A DNA stretch of 53,487 nt, the filler included, from Squatina squatina (taxonomy: Eukaryota): assembly GCA_031763465.1 (NCBI GenBank). It is 2 parts of 2 records of this genome, joined end to end, with 100 filler letters (N's around TTAATTAATTAA, not from the genome) between each part and the next. Parts side by side here need not be neighbours in the genome. Positions count along the whole stretch, not along the records: positions 1 to 21,615 come from JARFOE010000232.1; 1 more part is not named here. One strand, written 5' to 3'. A program made the translations under genes and the position numbers. The notes below the pieces were generated by a model that did no database searches, was not told the DNA's origin, and worked only from the letters and a program-made list of their open reading frames with translations. Shown piece after piece: positions 1-10,261 of this stretch; the stretch's first letter is position 1, and every line of letters starts with the position of its first letter.

Positions 1-115
1 AGAGAATAAAGGAAAGAACCGGGCATTTACATAGCGCCTGTCACGGCCTCAGCGCTTCCCAGCCGATGAAGTGCTTTTTTTGAAGTGCAGTCACTGTGGT
101 GTAATGGAGGAAAGG
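1..115 (-). mobile_element. DeuSINE/SacSINE1-like SINE 3' tail fragment
   Basis: gcatttacatagcgcc...gaagtgcagtcactgt matches the tail of the longer copy at 1238-1590. Confidence 0.6.
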
Positions 116-904
116 CTCGAGTTCCATCGCCAGTTACTAATTAAATACTAATTAACTACCAATCGCTAATAATAATATTAATTCCGTATTAAAGCAATTG
201 AACCAAAGGCTCATGGAATCTAACAGAAGGATTTCTGATATTCAGCTAGATTTTTGCCCGCAGACTCTCTCTAACCCATTAACATATCAAAACTCGGAAT
301 AAAAATATTGCAAGCATGAGAATGGGGTAAGAGCAGGGCTGTGGTTTTGAGGATTCCTGACAAGGAAAGCGGCGAGCTGTGGATGGAGCTGGGCTCCAAT
401 GCGACCAATGAGGTGTGAATAGGCTGGTAGTGGACACTGAGAACTGCCCTCAATGTTCCATTCTGTCCGGGAGTGGAATTGGTGCAGCACAGGCGCAGAG
501 AGAATCTCAGCTTCCGTTTCACACGTGCTCCTTCCTCTGCTATACCCTTCCATTCATTCGACTTTTTCGAACCAGAAAACCTTCGCCAGCTGTGTCTCGT
601 TTGCTTCCCCCTCGTTCTATTTTTTCAGTTTGGGGAACGTGCCCATGTGTCCCTATTCCTCAGTGCTTATTAACTGCCCGGACTGAGCACACACACACAA
701 TCAATCCCCAGTAACAGCAGGGTCGGTTTAATTGAATTTGGGACTTAGGATAATTTGATGATAAGGATCCCACACAGGATGTTGCAGGTCAGTGGAGTAA
801 GACAGTTACTCTTTTTGGAGTAAATCAAATTAAAAGACAGATAATTGCAAGTTGTGGTTGCGTTGCCAGTGCAGATTGTTCCTTGTTTTTTGTCCCTGGC
901 AAGT

Positions 905-1072
905 AAGTGTACGCATGTGCGCCGGGCCGCTGATTGACAGCCGGCTGTCGCCCTCCCCGGAGCGCGAGCCGCCGTTGCCCTGGCAGCTGGGAGCGGCGAG
1001 TCTGCGCACAAGCCCGGCATCACTTGGATACAATTCATTCTCAAATCCGAGACACTACAGACCGGGGGCAAC
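905..1072 (+). promoter_or_regulatory. CpG-rich proximal promoter/5' UTR of RGS9 with PBX-MEIS/PREP decamer (931-940) and NRF1-like site (911-920)
   Basis: Local CpG enrichment directly upstream of the ATG; TGATTGACAG exact at 931-940; ACGCATGTGC resembles GCGCATGCGC. Confidence 0.55.
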
Positions 1073-1135
1073 ATGACTATCCGGAACTTCACTCAGGGGC
1101 AGCAATACCGGCCACGAATGGCTTTCCTGCGTAAG
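1073..1135 (+). CDS. RGS9: RGS9 coding exon 1 (MTIRNFTQGQQYRPRMAFLRK)
   Basis: Close to the human RGS9 N-terminus MTIRHQGQQYRPRMAFLQK; ends at AAG|GTAAG donor; too short for the ORF track. Confidence 0.95.
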
Positions 1136-1237
1136 GTAAGAGAGAAAAATATAAAATACCACTAGAGTGAGAGAAATGAGATAGGAAGAATAGAACTTAA
1201 TCTTTCTATGTTGACTTATCACCAATGATGCCCCTAA

Positions 1238-1590
1238 AGAAGAAGAAAGAAAGATTTGCATTTATATAGTGCCTTCCATGACCATCGGACATCTCAAAGT
1301 GCTTTAGAGCCAATGCAGTACTTCTGGAGTGCAGTCACTGTTGTAATGTGGGAAATGCAGCTGCAAGCTCCCACAAACAGCAATGTGATAATGACCAGAT
1401 AATCTGTTTTGTTATGTTGATTGAGGGATAATATTGGCCAGGACACTGGGGTTAACTCCCCTGTTCTTCTTTGAAATAGTGCCATGGGATCTTTTATGTC
1501 CTCCTGAGAGAACAAACTCAGTTTAACGTCTCATCCGAAAGATGGCACCTCCGATAGTGCCACACTCCCTCAGCACAGCATTAAAGTGTC
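1238..1590 (-). mobile_element. DeuSINE (SacSINE1/AmnSINE1-like) Deu domain and tail
   Basis: Reverse strand reads TGCTGAGGGAGTG..GGAGGTGCCATCTTTCGGATGAGACGTTAAAC..AAAAGATCCCATGGCACTATTTC..TATATAAATGCAAATCTTTC. Confidence 0.85.
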
Positions 1591-1954
1591 TTAATAATGA
1601 ATAGTCAGCATGGATTTTAAAAGGGAAAGTCTTGCTTGACCAACTTCATTGAATTTTTTGAAGAGGCAACAGAGAGAGTAGAAAATGGTAATGCAGTAGA
1701 TGTAATTTATCTAGATTTTCAAAAAAACTTCAATAAGGTACCACATAATAGACTTATGAACAAGGTCAGAGAGTGTGGAGTCAGGGGACAAGTAGCAGAA
1801 TGGATAGATAGCTGGCTTCAAGACAGAAAGCAGAGAGTAGGGGTAAAAGGTAGTTTATTCACAGTGGCAGAAGGTGAGTAGTGGTGTTCCACAAGGATCA
1901 GTGCTGGGACCACTGTTGTTCACAATTTATATTAACGATTTAGACTTTGGAATC
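1591..1954 (+). mobile_element. CR1 LINE reverse transcriptase fragment, runs into gap
   Basis: DVIYLDFQKNFNKVPH...[22 protein letters not shown] with a frameshift. Confidence 0.9.
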
Positions 1955-2652
1955 NNNNNNNNNNNNNNNNNNNNNNNNNNNNNNNNNNNNNNNNNNNNNN
2001 NNNNNNNNNNNNNNNNNNNNNNNNNNNNNNNNNNNNNNNNNNNNNNNNNNNNNNNNNNNNNNNNNNNNNNNNNNNNNNNNNNNNNNNNNNNNNNNNNNNN
2101 NNNNNNNNNNNNNNNNNNNNNNNNNNNNNNNNNNNNNNNNNNNNNNNNNNNNNNNNNNNNNNNNNNNNNNNNNNNNNNNNNNNNNNNNNNNNNNNNNNNN
2201 NNNNNNNNNNNNNNNNNNNNNNNNNNNNNNNNNNNNNNNNNNNNNNNNNNNNNNNNNNNNNNNNNNNNNNNNNNNNNNNNNNNNNNNNNNNNNNNNNNNN
2301 NNNNNNNNNNNNNNNNNNNNNNNNNNNNNNNNNNNNNNNNNNNNNNNNNNNNNNNNNNNNNNNNNNNNNNNNNNNNNNNNNNNNNNNNNNNNNNNNNNNN
2401 NNNNNNNNNNNNNNNNNNNNNNNNNNNNNNNNNNNNNNNNNNNNNNNNNNNNNNNNNNNNNNNNNNNNNNNNNNNNNNNNNNNNNNNNNNNNNNNNNNNN
2501 NNNNNNNNNNNNNNNNNNNNNNNNNNNNNNNNNNNNNNNNNNNNNNNNNNNNNNNNNNNNNNNNNNNNNNNNNNNNNNNNNNNNNNNNNNNNNNNNNNNN
2601 NNNNNNNNNNNNNNNNNNNNNNNNNNNNNNNNNNNNNNNNNNNNNNNNNNNN

Positions 2653-2900
2653 TCTCCAGTCCTCTGGCACACATCCACTCTCAACAGAACTCTGAAAAAT
2701 AATTCCGAGGGCGTCCACTATTTTATGCCCTATTTCCCTCAAGATTGTGGAATGTATCCCATCAGTTTCAGGTACTTTGTCCTCCTTGAGCTTAATTAAT
2801 TTCTCTAGTAATATGTTTTTATTTATCATATCTCTCTCCCTGCTTTCAACCAATTCAGGATTTACCTCCTCTCCAGTATCCTTCTCTTTTGCAAAACACT
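2653..2900 (-). mobile_element. CR1 LINE ORF2 fragment
   Basis: KLIKLKEDKVPETDGIHSTILRE...IFQSSVESGCVPEDWR. Confidence 0.85.
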
Positions 2901-2974
2901 GAAGTGAAGTATTTGTTAAGTATTCCTGCCAATTTCCACTTAACCTTTTAAAAAAAGACTTGCATTTCATATCT

Positions 2975-3325
2975 TAATTGAGGGGTATAAAATAGCAAGT
3001 GACCGAGACAGTGTGAATAGGAAGGACCTATTTCCGTAAGCAGAGATGTCAATAACCAGAGGCATAGATTTAAAGAAAGAAAAAAGACTTGCATTTATAT
3101 AGCACCTTTTACGGTGGTGGGAATCTGGAATCTGGAAGGGGTGGTAGAGACAGAAACCCTCATCGCATTTAAAAAGTACCTGGATATGTACTTGAAGTGC
3201 CGTAACCTGCAGGGCTGTGGACCAAGAGCTGGAAAGTGGGATTAGGCTGGATAGCTCTTTTACAGCCGGCACAGACACGATGGGCCAAGTAGCCTCCTTT
3301 TGTGCCCTGAATTCCTATGATTCTA
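2975..3325 (+). mobile_element. CR1 3' end with interposed SINE-tail snippets
   Basis: CR1 C-terminal/3' UTR motifs ending in ttcctatgattctatg; aaagacttgcattt SINE tail pieces near 2955 and 3085. Confidence 0.75.
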
Positions 3326-3659
3326 TGAGCACAGCCTGTCCCTGATGTTATGGAAGAGGAGAATGAAGGAGAAGAAGAGGCACCATCACTTGATTTGGCA
3401 CTCCCAGGCACCAGCTCAGAAAATGCCACTGGGCAGACTTTAGAGGGTAGTATAGAGGTGGGATCTGCACGAGGTGAGTCAACGGGCATGTGTGTGCTGC
3501 AGCCAGGCCGGGGGAAAGGGTAGCTCAGGTGCCAGCTCCCTAGAGGGAGAGTTCGCACACAAGTTCTGCTGCACAAGACTCATATGATGACTCAGAAGAA
3601 GGGTGCTGGGCATGCACATAGAAATGCTGGGTGCAATGGCAAGCCTGCCAGCGAGACTC
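3326..3659 (+). mobile_element. Probable Harbinger Myb/SANT-gene downstream fragment
   Basis: Acidic EEENEGEEEAPSLDL...LGMHIEMLGAMASLP segment recalled from this shark repeat family; contains stop/frameshift. Confidence 0.4.
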
Positions 3660-4139
3660 NNNNNNNNNNNNNNNNNNNNNNNNNNNNNNNNNNNNNNNNN
3701 NNNNNNNNNNNNNNNNNNNNNNNNNNNNNNNNNNNNNNNNNNNNNNNNNNNNNNNNNNNCAATTAAAGAGCCGGTGCTGGTGGTGATGAATTTGGACCCC
3801 CAGGAGTTTCTCTGCAGTACCGACTGAGGAGCAGTGAGATACAAAACTTAGCTGCTACAGCGCCACCACTGGTGGGACAGTGTGCTTATGGCATGACTGT
3901 TTACATAGGCATTTCCCATTATAAATGTGGATGTAGAAATTTATAATGTGAAAAATCGACACAAAACGTGACAACAGGAAAAGCACATGTAAGATTTTTA
4001 ATATAGGTATATTTCATACACATTTGGCTATGCATTCAAACAGAAATAATAATGGCCTCTTCTGTTTCCCTCTCACAATAACTTGTGTTTATTGTATCAC
4101 ACCACACATTAATGCTATGATTGTTACCCCTTCCTTCAG

Positions 4140-4253
4140 GATTGTAAAATACTGTGAGCAGTATTTTACCCATGACCCAATAATGTCCGGATGCCTCCCC
4201 AGCAATCCTTGGCTCACTGATGACACAACGTTCTGGGAACTCAACACTCCGAT
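4140..4253 (+). CDS. RGS9: RGS9 internal exon, end of GGL domain ([37 protein letters not shown])
   Basis: [13 protein letters not shown]7-RGS signature; ttccttcag acceptor, gtaagt donor, phase 2-2. Confidence 0.95.
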
Positions 4254-4447
4254 GTAAGTGCTCAGGCTGCAATTCCACCTTTTAAAAAGGTATTGGAACA
4301 TGAGGGTTCCTTTTTTTTCATCTTGCACAATGGCAGTATAACTCATTTCCCTGTTAAAAGGGTTGTGCTTCCAGTGCAGAGGTGACGTTCTCCCCGTGCT
4401 GTCTAATTACTGATCTGGTTTTGTTTTCGCTCTGCGGACGGTTGCAG

Positions 4448-4563
4448 GGTGGACACCCCAACGAAGCTGCGAGTCGAGCGCTGGACCTTCAGCTTCACTG
4501 AGCTGATGAGGGATCCCAGAGGCCGCCAGGATTTCGAGCTCTTCCTCAAGAAGGAATTCAGTG
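4448..4563 (+). CDS. RGS9: RGS9 internal exon, start of RGS box ([38 protein letters not shown])
   Basis: Splices in frame to the previous exon (AT|G); gcag acceptor, gtatgt donor. Confidence 0.95.
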
Positions 4564-4589
4564 GTATGTGTGGGCACGGGTTGTAAGGA

Positions 4590-5350
4590 CCAACTCGGAT
4601 ATAGTAATGCCTCTGGGGATGAGGGATTGAGATCCTGGCAATGTCCAGTTCGATGGCAGATATTGGAATAATGTCTGGCTCCCCTCCACCAGTGCACTGC
4701 TGCTCCCGTCTGTTCCTCACTAGCTTCAACTACATAAAATAGGCAAAGTGTAGTAAGCCAAAGACTATACATATATATAGCCACTGCATGTCATGCCCAA
4801 GAAGCTGTGCCCTTTGTTGCAAGACTACAACTAATGATGCATGCATGTAGAACAAATCAAAGTTACATGATGCTGAGATAGCCTCTCCAATCACCAGACT
4901 TTTATCACACTTGCACATTGAAGAAAAAAGGCACACTTACTTTGACTGCATGACTTAGGTTGTTGAACTTTTGACAACTCTGATGCCCTGTGCACACAAC
5001 TGCATCTGAGGCGGACACCTCCGCAGCTACTTCCCTCCATAAGGCCCTGTGCATTTGTACACTTCCCCTTCAGCCCGCTTTTGCAAAATGTTGTGTGGCC
5101 CTCCTCTCTACTGAGAAAACCAGAGTCTCCAGCGCAGCATCTGTGAACTTTGGGGCTCTGGCCCCTCTTCCTCCCACTGCCGTGGCTGCAGCACAAATAG
5201 CTTGACAACCTTCCAAGGTCTCCACAAATACCTCCTCTATGACAACTTCAATGAACGACTGACCTGAGTTCACTGAGTTCAAACATTGCCTTTAAGGCTG
5301 AGGTGGGCTGGTAAGTGATTGAGCCTCATGAGCTAATTCAGTGAATTGGT
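4590..5350 (-). mobile_element. Degenerate PIF/Harbinger element carrying a spliced Myb/SANT gene
   Basis: RAPKFTDAALETLV..ERR, LWREVAAEVSA..CQKFNNL, gtaagt donor, then KLVRNRREQQCTGGG; frameshifted. Confidence 0.7.
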
Positions 5351-5699
5351 CCTGTGGAATCTTTTTTTTTGAAAAAGAACAATTAAGCAGGACAGTCCTG
5401 TGGAATCTCTTTTTGAAAAAAGAACAATTAAGCAAAACAAATAACAAATTTAACTAAAAACGACATCAATTTAAAGTCCTGTGGAATCTATCTTGCCCAC
5501 TTAGCACTGCACCNNNNNNNNNNNNNNNNNNNNNNNNNNNNNNNNNNNNNNNNNNNNNNNNNNNNNNNNNNNNNNNNNNNNNNNNNNNNNNNNNNNNNNN
5601 NNNNNNNNNNNNNATGATACGTGGCAAAATAATGTCCATAATGGTTAGTGGCAGTAACAGACACTGGAAATTCTGATATAAAAGCTCTGAAAAAGTCAA

Positions 5700-6125
5700 C
5701 ATACAAACAATGATGGACAGGAACAGATGCACTGGTCCATCCAGCCTGTCCCGCACAACCACAAATCCTTGTGTCTCACAATATATACACTCCGCACCCC
5801 ACCACCTGATCTTCTGGGAGAGGCAACAAAGCATAAAAACCCAGGCCAATTAGTGGGGGAAAAAATCTGGAAAATTCCTCTCGCCCTCCTCAGGTGATCG
5901 AGACTAATCCAAGAGACCACTCAGGCCACAATGAATGTGTAAGAGGTGATCCGCACCCCGCCAACCAGAAGCAGGTCCAGTTCTTGCTCGAAGGAATTCA
6001 GTGAGTCAGCAGTCACCACTCGAGTCGGCAGCCTGTTCCCCAGGTCTGCTATTCTCTGGGAAAAGAACCCTCTCCTGATATCTAACCTAGATCTGGCCTG
6101 ACATAACTTGAGATTAGTCTTGGGA
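5700..6125 (-). mobile_element. CR1 3' end
   Basis: SRLDIRRGFFSQRIADLGNRLP...SLNSFEQELD followed by CR1-type 3' UTR. Confidence 0.8.
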
Positions 6126-7122
6126 GCGTGGCCATGACTGCAGCCGTACATTTTCCATATTTTAAAGACTAAATTGCACAAACTGGAGCTCCTGTGAAAG
6201 TGTGAACAAAGGATTTTCAGAATGACTTGGCTGCAGATTCTATTTCATGTTCATTTAATGAAAAATAAAGTAGTGTCAATCATTGCACATCTGCTTTGTG
6301 TGTTTCTGTTGCGTCTGTTTGTTGTTTCCATCCTGTACCAAGCTCTGGATTATCCTGGATTTTATGTTCTGTGCTGCATTGTAAAATTCCACATATGTTT
6401 CCTCATTTTCATTATGTCCTTCACACATTATTGTTCAAAATCCTTTCTGTGCCTCCGATGCTCAATCATTGTTGAACTCCATCTGATGCCTGTTTGAATC
6501 TTTATTTGAAAGGGATAGAAAGTGTAANNNNNNNNNNNNNNNNNNNNNNNNNNNNNNNNNNNNNNNNNNNNNNNNNNNNNNNNNNNNNNNNNNNNNNNNN
6601 NNNNNNNNNNNNNNNNNNNNNNNNNNNNNNNNNNNNNNNNNNNNNNNNNNNNNNNNNNNNNNNNNNNNNNNNNNNNNNNNNNNNNNNNNNNNNNNNNNNN
6701 NNNNNNNNNNNNNNNNNNNNNNNNNNNNNNNNNNNNNNNNNNNNNNNNNNNNNNNNNNNNNNNNNNNNNNNNNNNNNNNNNNNNNNNNNNNNNNNNNNNN
6801 NNNNNNNNNNNNNNNNNNNNNNNNNNNNNNNNNNNNNNNNNNNNNNNNNNNNNNNNNNNNNNNNNNNNNNNNNNNNNNNNNNNNNNNNNNNNNNNNNNNN
6901 NNNNNNNNNNNNNNNNNNNNNNNNNNNNNNNNNNNNNNNNNNNNNNNNNNNNNNNNNNNNNNNNNNNNNNNNNNNNNNNNNNNNNNNNNNNNNNNNNNNN
7001 NNNNNNNNNNNNNNNNNNNNNNNNNNNNNNNNNNNNNNNNNNNNNNNNNNNNNNNNNNNNNNNNNNNNNNNNNNNNNNNNNNNNNNNNNNNNNNNNNNNN
7101 NNNNNNNNNNNNNNNNNNNNNN

Positions 7123-7780
7123 ATTGAAAATAGTTGAGGCCCCAGCACTGATCCCTGTGGCACTCCACTAGTTACAAATTGCCATCCTGAAAATGACCCC
7201 TTTATCCTGACTCTCTGTTTTCTGTTAGTTAACCCTCTATTCATATTACCCCCAACACTGTGAGCTCTTATCTTATGCAGTAACATTTTACATGGCACCT
7301 TATCGAATGCCTTTTGGAAATCCAAATACACATCTACTAGTTCCCCTTTATCCACCCTGCTCCAGACTTCCTCAAAGAACTCTAATAAATTTGCCAAATA
7401 CAATTTCCCTTTCATAAAACCATGTTGACTCTGCTTGATTGTATTATGATTTTCGAAATGTCCNNNNNNNNNNTTCTAGCATTTTGCCAATAACAGATGT
7501 TAGGCTAACTGGTCTATAGTTACCTGCTTTATGTCTCCCTCCTTTTTTGAATAAGGGCGTTACATTTGCGGTTTTCCAATCCACTGGGACTTTTCCAGAG
7601 TCGAGAGAATTTTGGAAGATTACAACCAATGCAACCACTATCTCTGTAGCCACTTCTTTAAGACCCTAGGATGCAGGCCATCAGGTCCAGGGGCCTTGTC
7701 AGCCTTTAGACCCATAAGTTTGCCCAGTACTTTTTCTCTAATGATAGTGATTGTTTGAAGTTCCTCCCTCCCTTTTGCTA
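7123..7780 (-). mobile_element. CR1 LINE RT fragment
   Basis: WKTANVTPLFKKGG..NYRPVSLTSV; YLDFQKAFDKVP; [11 protein letters not shown]. Confidence 0.92.
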
Positions 7781-7914
7781 GAAGTTAAACATATTACTAG
7801 ATGTCTGGTGATAATCTAGTTTGGCTGTGACAGCCCTCATAATTGAATAGCCGAGCTGTGAAACTGTGTAATTCTGTTCCAGGGTTAATGGTTGAGGCAG
7901 AAACAATGTCAACA

Positions 7915-8070
7915 TTCAAGATTAGACGAGATAAGTGGATAAAGGAATAGGAGGATGAAGGATATGGCAATGGGGTGCGTAAATGGGATTAGGACTATTT
8001 GCTCGTATGGAGGGAAACAGCATACAAACTGGTTGAGCTGAATGGCCTCTCTCTGTGTTGTAACTTCTAT
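7915..8070 (+). mobile_element. CR1 3' tail fragment
   Basis: aacattcaagattaga...ctgaatggcctctctctgtgttgtaacttctat. Confidence 0.65.
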
Positions 8071-8771
8071 ATTTTGATGACATTCACTGTCCCGACTCAC
8101 ACAATGAGAAATAAATAATAATAGAACCAAAAAATGTATTTCAGAAGTGTTCATGTGAAACCAAGCTAAAAGACTGAACAAAGCACTCCTTGACCAAAAA
8201 AGTGGAAGAGTTAAAGCAAACCATCAAAGATGGCCACTTTTCCTAAATACATCAACACTATATGGGTTGCTAACAAATGCCTGAAATGAATACTGGATTT
8301 AATGTCAACTCAAAAAAAATCACGTAGCACTTGGAGAGTAGCTTTTAACCAGAACTGGCAGCATTTCTGCTGCTGCAAAGTAATTGTATCCACCAACGAA
8401 CAAGACAGATGTCATCTGATAATAAGTACATCCAATGAATCAATTGTGACAAGTGGCAAATAACTTACTGAGTCTCGACAGTGCTGAAACAAAGTCCTCA
8501 GCAATGTGTTGAGATCTTGTTCCTTGCCAGATGTAGGGAGCAATGGAGAAAAAAAAAGTGAATTGATCTGAATAATATGGAACTACTTTCACAAGAAGTT
8601 CAAGGTACACACACACAAAAACCATGACTAATACAAAATGATGCTTCTACTGATATAGCATTGTACGGTCAAAACTGTTGTGTACGCAAAGACAAACACC
8701 CCATAAACAGCAATGGAATGAATGATTCTGGTGGTGTTCTTATGTTCTAAATATTTTTTCTTTTTTTATAG

Positions 8772-9271
8772 ATATGTAGGTTTACTGCACCTGTTCCCCA
8801 CCTGACGGTGTACACAGGCTCATGTATCCCACCTTGTTCCCCAAGCCCATCCTTATCCAATCCTGCCGACGGTGACCTGCCCTTCTACTCCCCCAGATAC
8901 ATTCCACTACCAAACAGTGCCATCTGCCCCTCACCGATCAGCGTAGCCATAGACAGCACCCCAGGACTGGAAAGGAAATGGGAGCAAAATAATCTTGTTT
9001 CGAATCAATTTTCCTCAGTTGCTGAAAGCACAGAGTTGTCTATTGGGTCCGAATCGAGCACCTGCAACCAGGTACCAGCGCCCACGGAAACCAAACCTTC
9101 TCAGAAATCCAAAATGGCTCTGTCCTTCAGCAGGTTTTTGAAACGGGGATGTACAAGTTCACCAGTCTTCGCAACTTTGTCTCGCAAGTGCATCTCATTG
9201 AAAAATGGAAAGATCCAACCCTTAAATGGTGAAGAGAAACAGCTACAGCAAAAGCCAAGAAGAGTGTCCAA
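8772..9271 (+). CDS. RGS9: RGS9 long-isoform (RGS9-2) proline-rich C-terminal exon
   Basis: ICRFTAPVPHLTVYTG..ICPSPI..MALSFSRFLKRGC..SPVFA..RRVS; tatag acceptor, AA|gtaagc donor. Confidence 0.92.
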
Positions 9272-9354
9272 GTAAGCAACCTCTTCTCTTTTCTACCACT
9301 GCTTTTTCAATTTATTTTAGACGTCAATTAATAAGTTAATGCCTTGAAGAGTTT

Positions 9355-9572
9355 TGGGAACAACAGTAGGCCAGTTAGTCCCTCAAGTCTGTTCCACCAT
9401 TCAATTAGATCATGGCTGATGTACATCAACCCTCTTTGCTCCATATCCCTCGATACCCTTACCTAGCAAAAATCTATGGCGTGGAGTCTTGAGAGCTTCA
9501 GTTGTACCACAATCTTATTGGGGGTGAGAGTTCCATATTTCTGCACACTTTGTGTGAAGAGCATATCTGCAT
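9355..9572 (-). mobile_element. CR1 3' tail fragment
   Basis: ccaccattcaattagatcatggctgat...ccatatccct...aaaaatctat typical of shark CR1 ends. Confidence 0.65.
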
Positions 9573-9907
9573 NNNNNNNNNNNNNNNNNNNNNNNNNNNN
9601 NNNNNNNNNNNNNNNNNNNNNNNNNNNNNNNNNNNNNNNNNNNNNNNNNNNNNNNNNNNNNNNNNNNNNNNNGGGCTGCCCATTCGCAGCCCACAGTCTC
9701 ATGCTAATGAGGCCCAACTACCATGTTGGTTCGTGTCTCGCTCTGATCGACCCAACATCCGCCATCGCCCAGCAAACCAAAAAGAAAAAAAAAAAATCGG
9801 CCACATAAAGTTCAAATCCCATTTCAATAAGATGTCTGTAAAATGGACATGATTTGCAAAATACGACAAACACTACAAGTGTCTGTTCTACCCAACTGAA
9901 ATTTCAC

Positions 9908-10123
9908 CTGGGCATACTTGCCACTGCAGATCACTCCATTCCACCTGGGCACACTAAGGCAGCCTGGATGTCGAACCAGGTAGTTGTCAGCCCTCGCTAC
10001 AAACGTGTCTGGAAATCCAGTCACTGAGCCATCCAGGTCATGGAAGATAGAAGTCCTGTCACCATCAAGGCCATTCATTCCAAACCACTGTCCTGGTTTG
10101 CCAAAAAATACCTCGAGATTAAC
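9908..10123 (-). CDS. Internal exon of a CEMIP2/TMEM2-like (CEMIP family hyaluronidase) gene
   Basis: VNLEVFFGKPGQWF..DGDRTSIFHDLDGSVTG..DNYLVRHPGC..WNGVICSGKYAQ; 216 nt, phase 0-0, cag acceptor and gtgaaa donor. Confidence 0.9.
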
Positions 10124-10261
10124 CTGCATGGAAAGAAACCAGGAAAGAATTATAGTGTGGACTGATAAACAGCCCCACACACAAACACAACTGATGCCTC
10201 CGAGTCTAATCTATTTCCCCTGTTTGCTCCCCACTCCCCTTTAATACTCCTGCTTTTCAGA

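Noticed and set aside
700-780. Possible photoreceptor CRX/Ret-1 sites (tttaattg, ggataa) upstream of RGS9
   Set aside because: No exact TAATCC; short AT-rich matches are expected by chance.
1874-2970. Long ORFs of 244-347 aa in the ORF track (also 6428-7415, 37875-38759 and others)
   Set aside because: They read through N gaps; the flanks are CR1 fragments or unrelated contigs.
9272-9275. Apparent RGS9 stop codon after RRVSK
   Set aside because: The TAA lies within the GTAAG splice donor; a further exon is expected in a gap.
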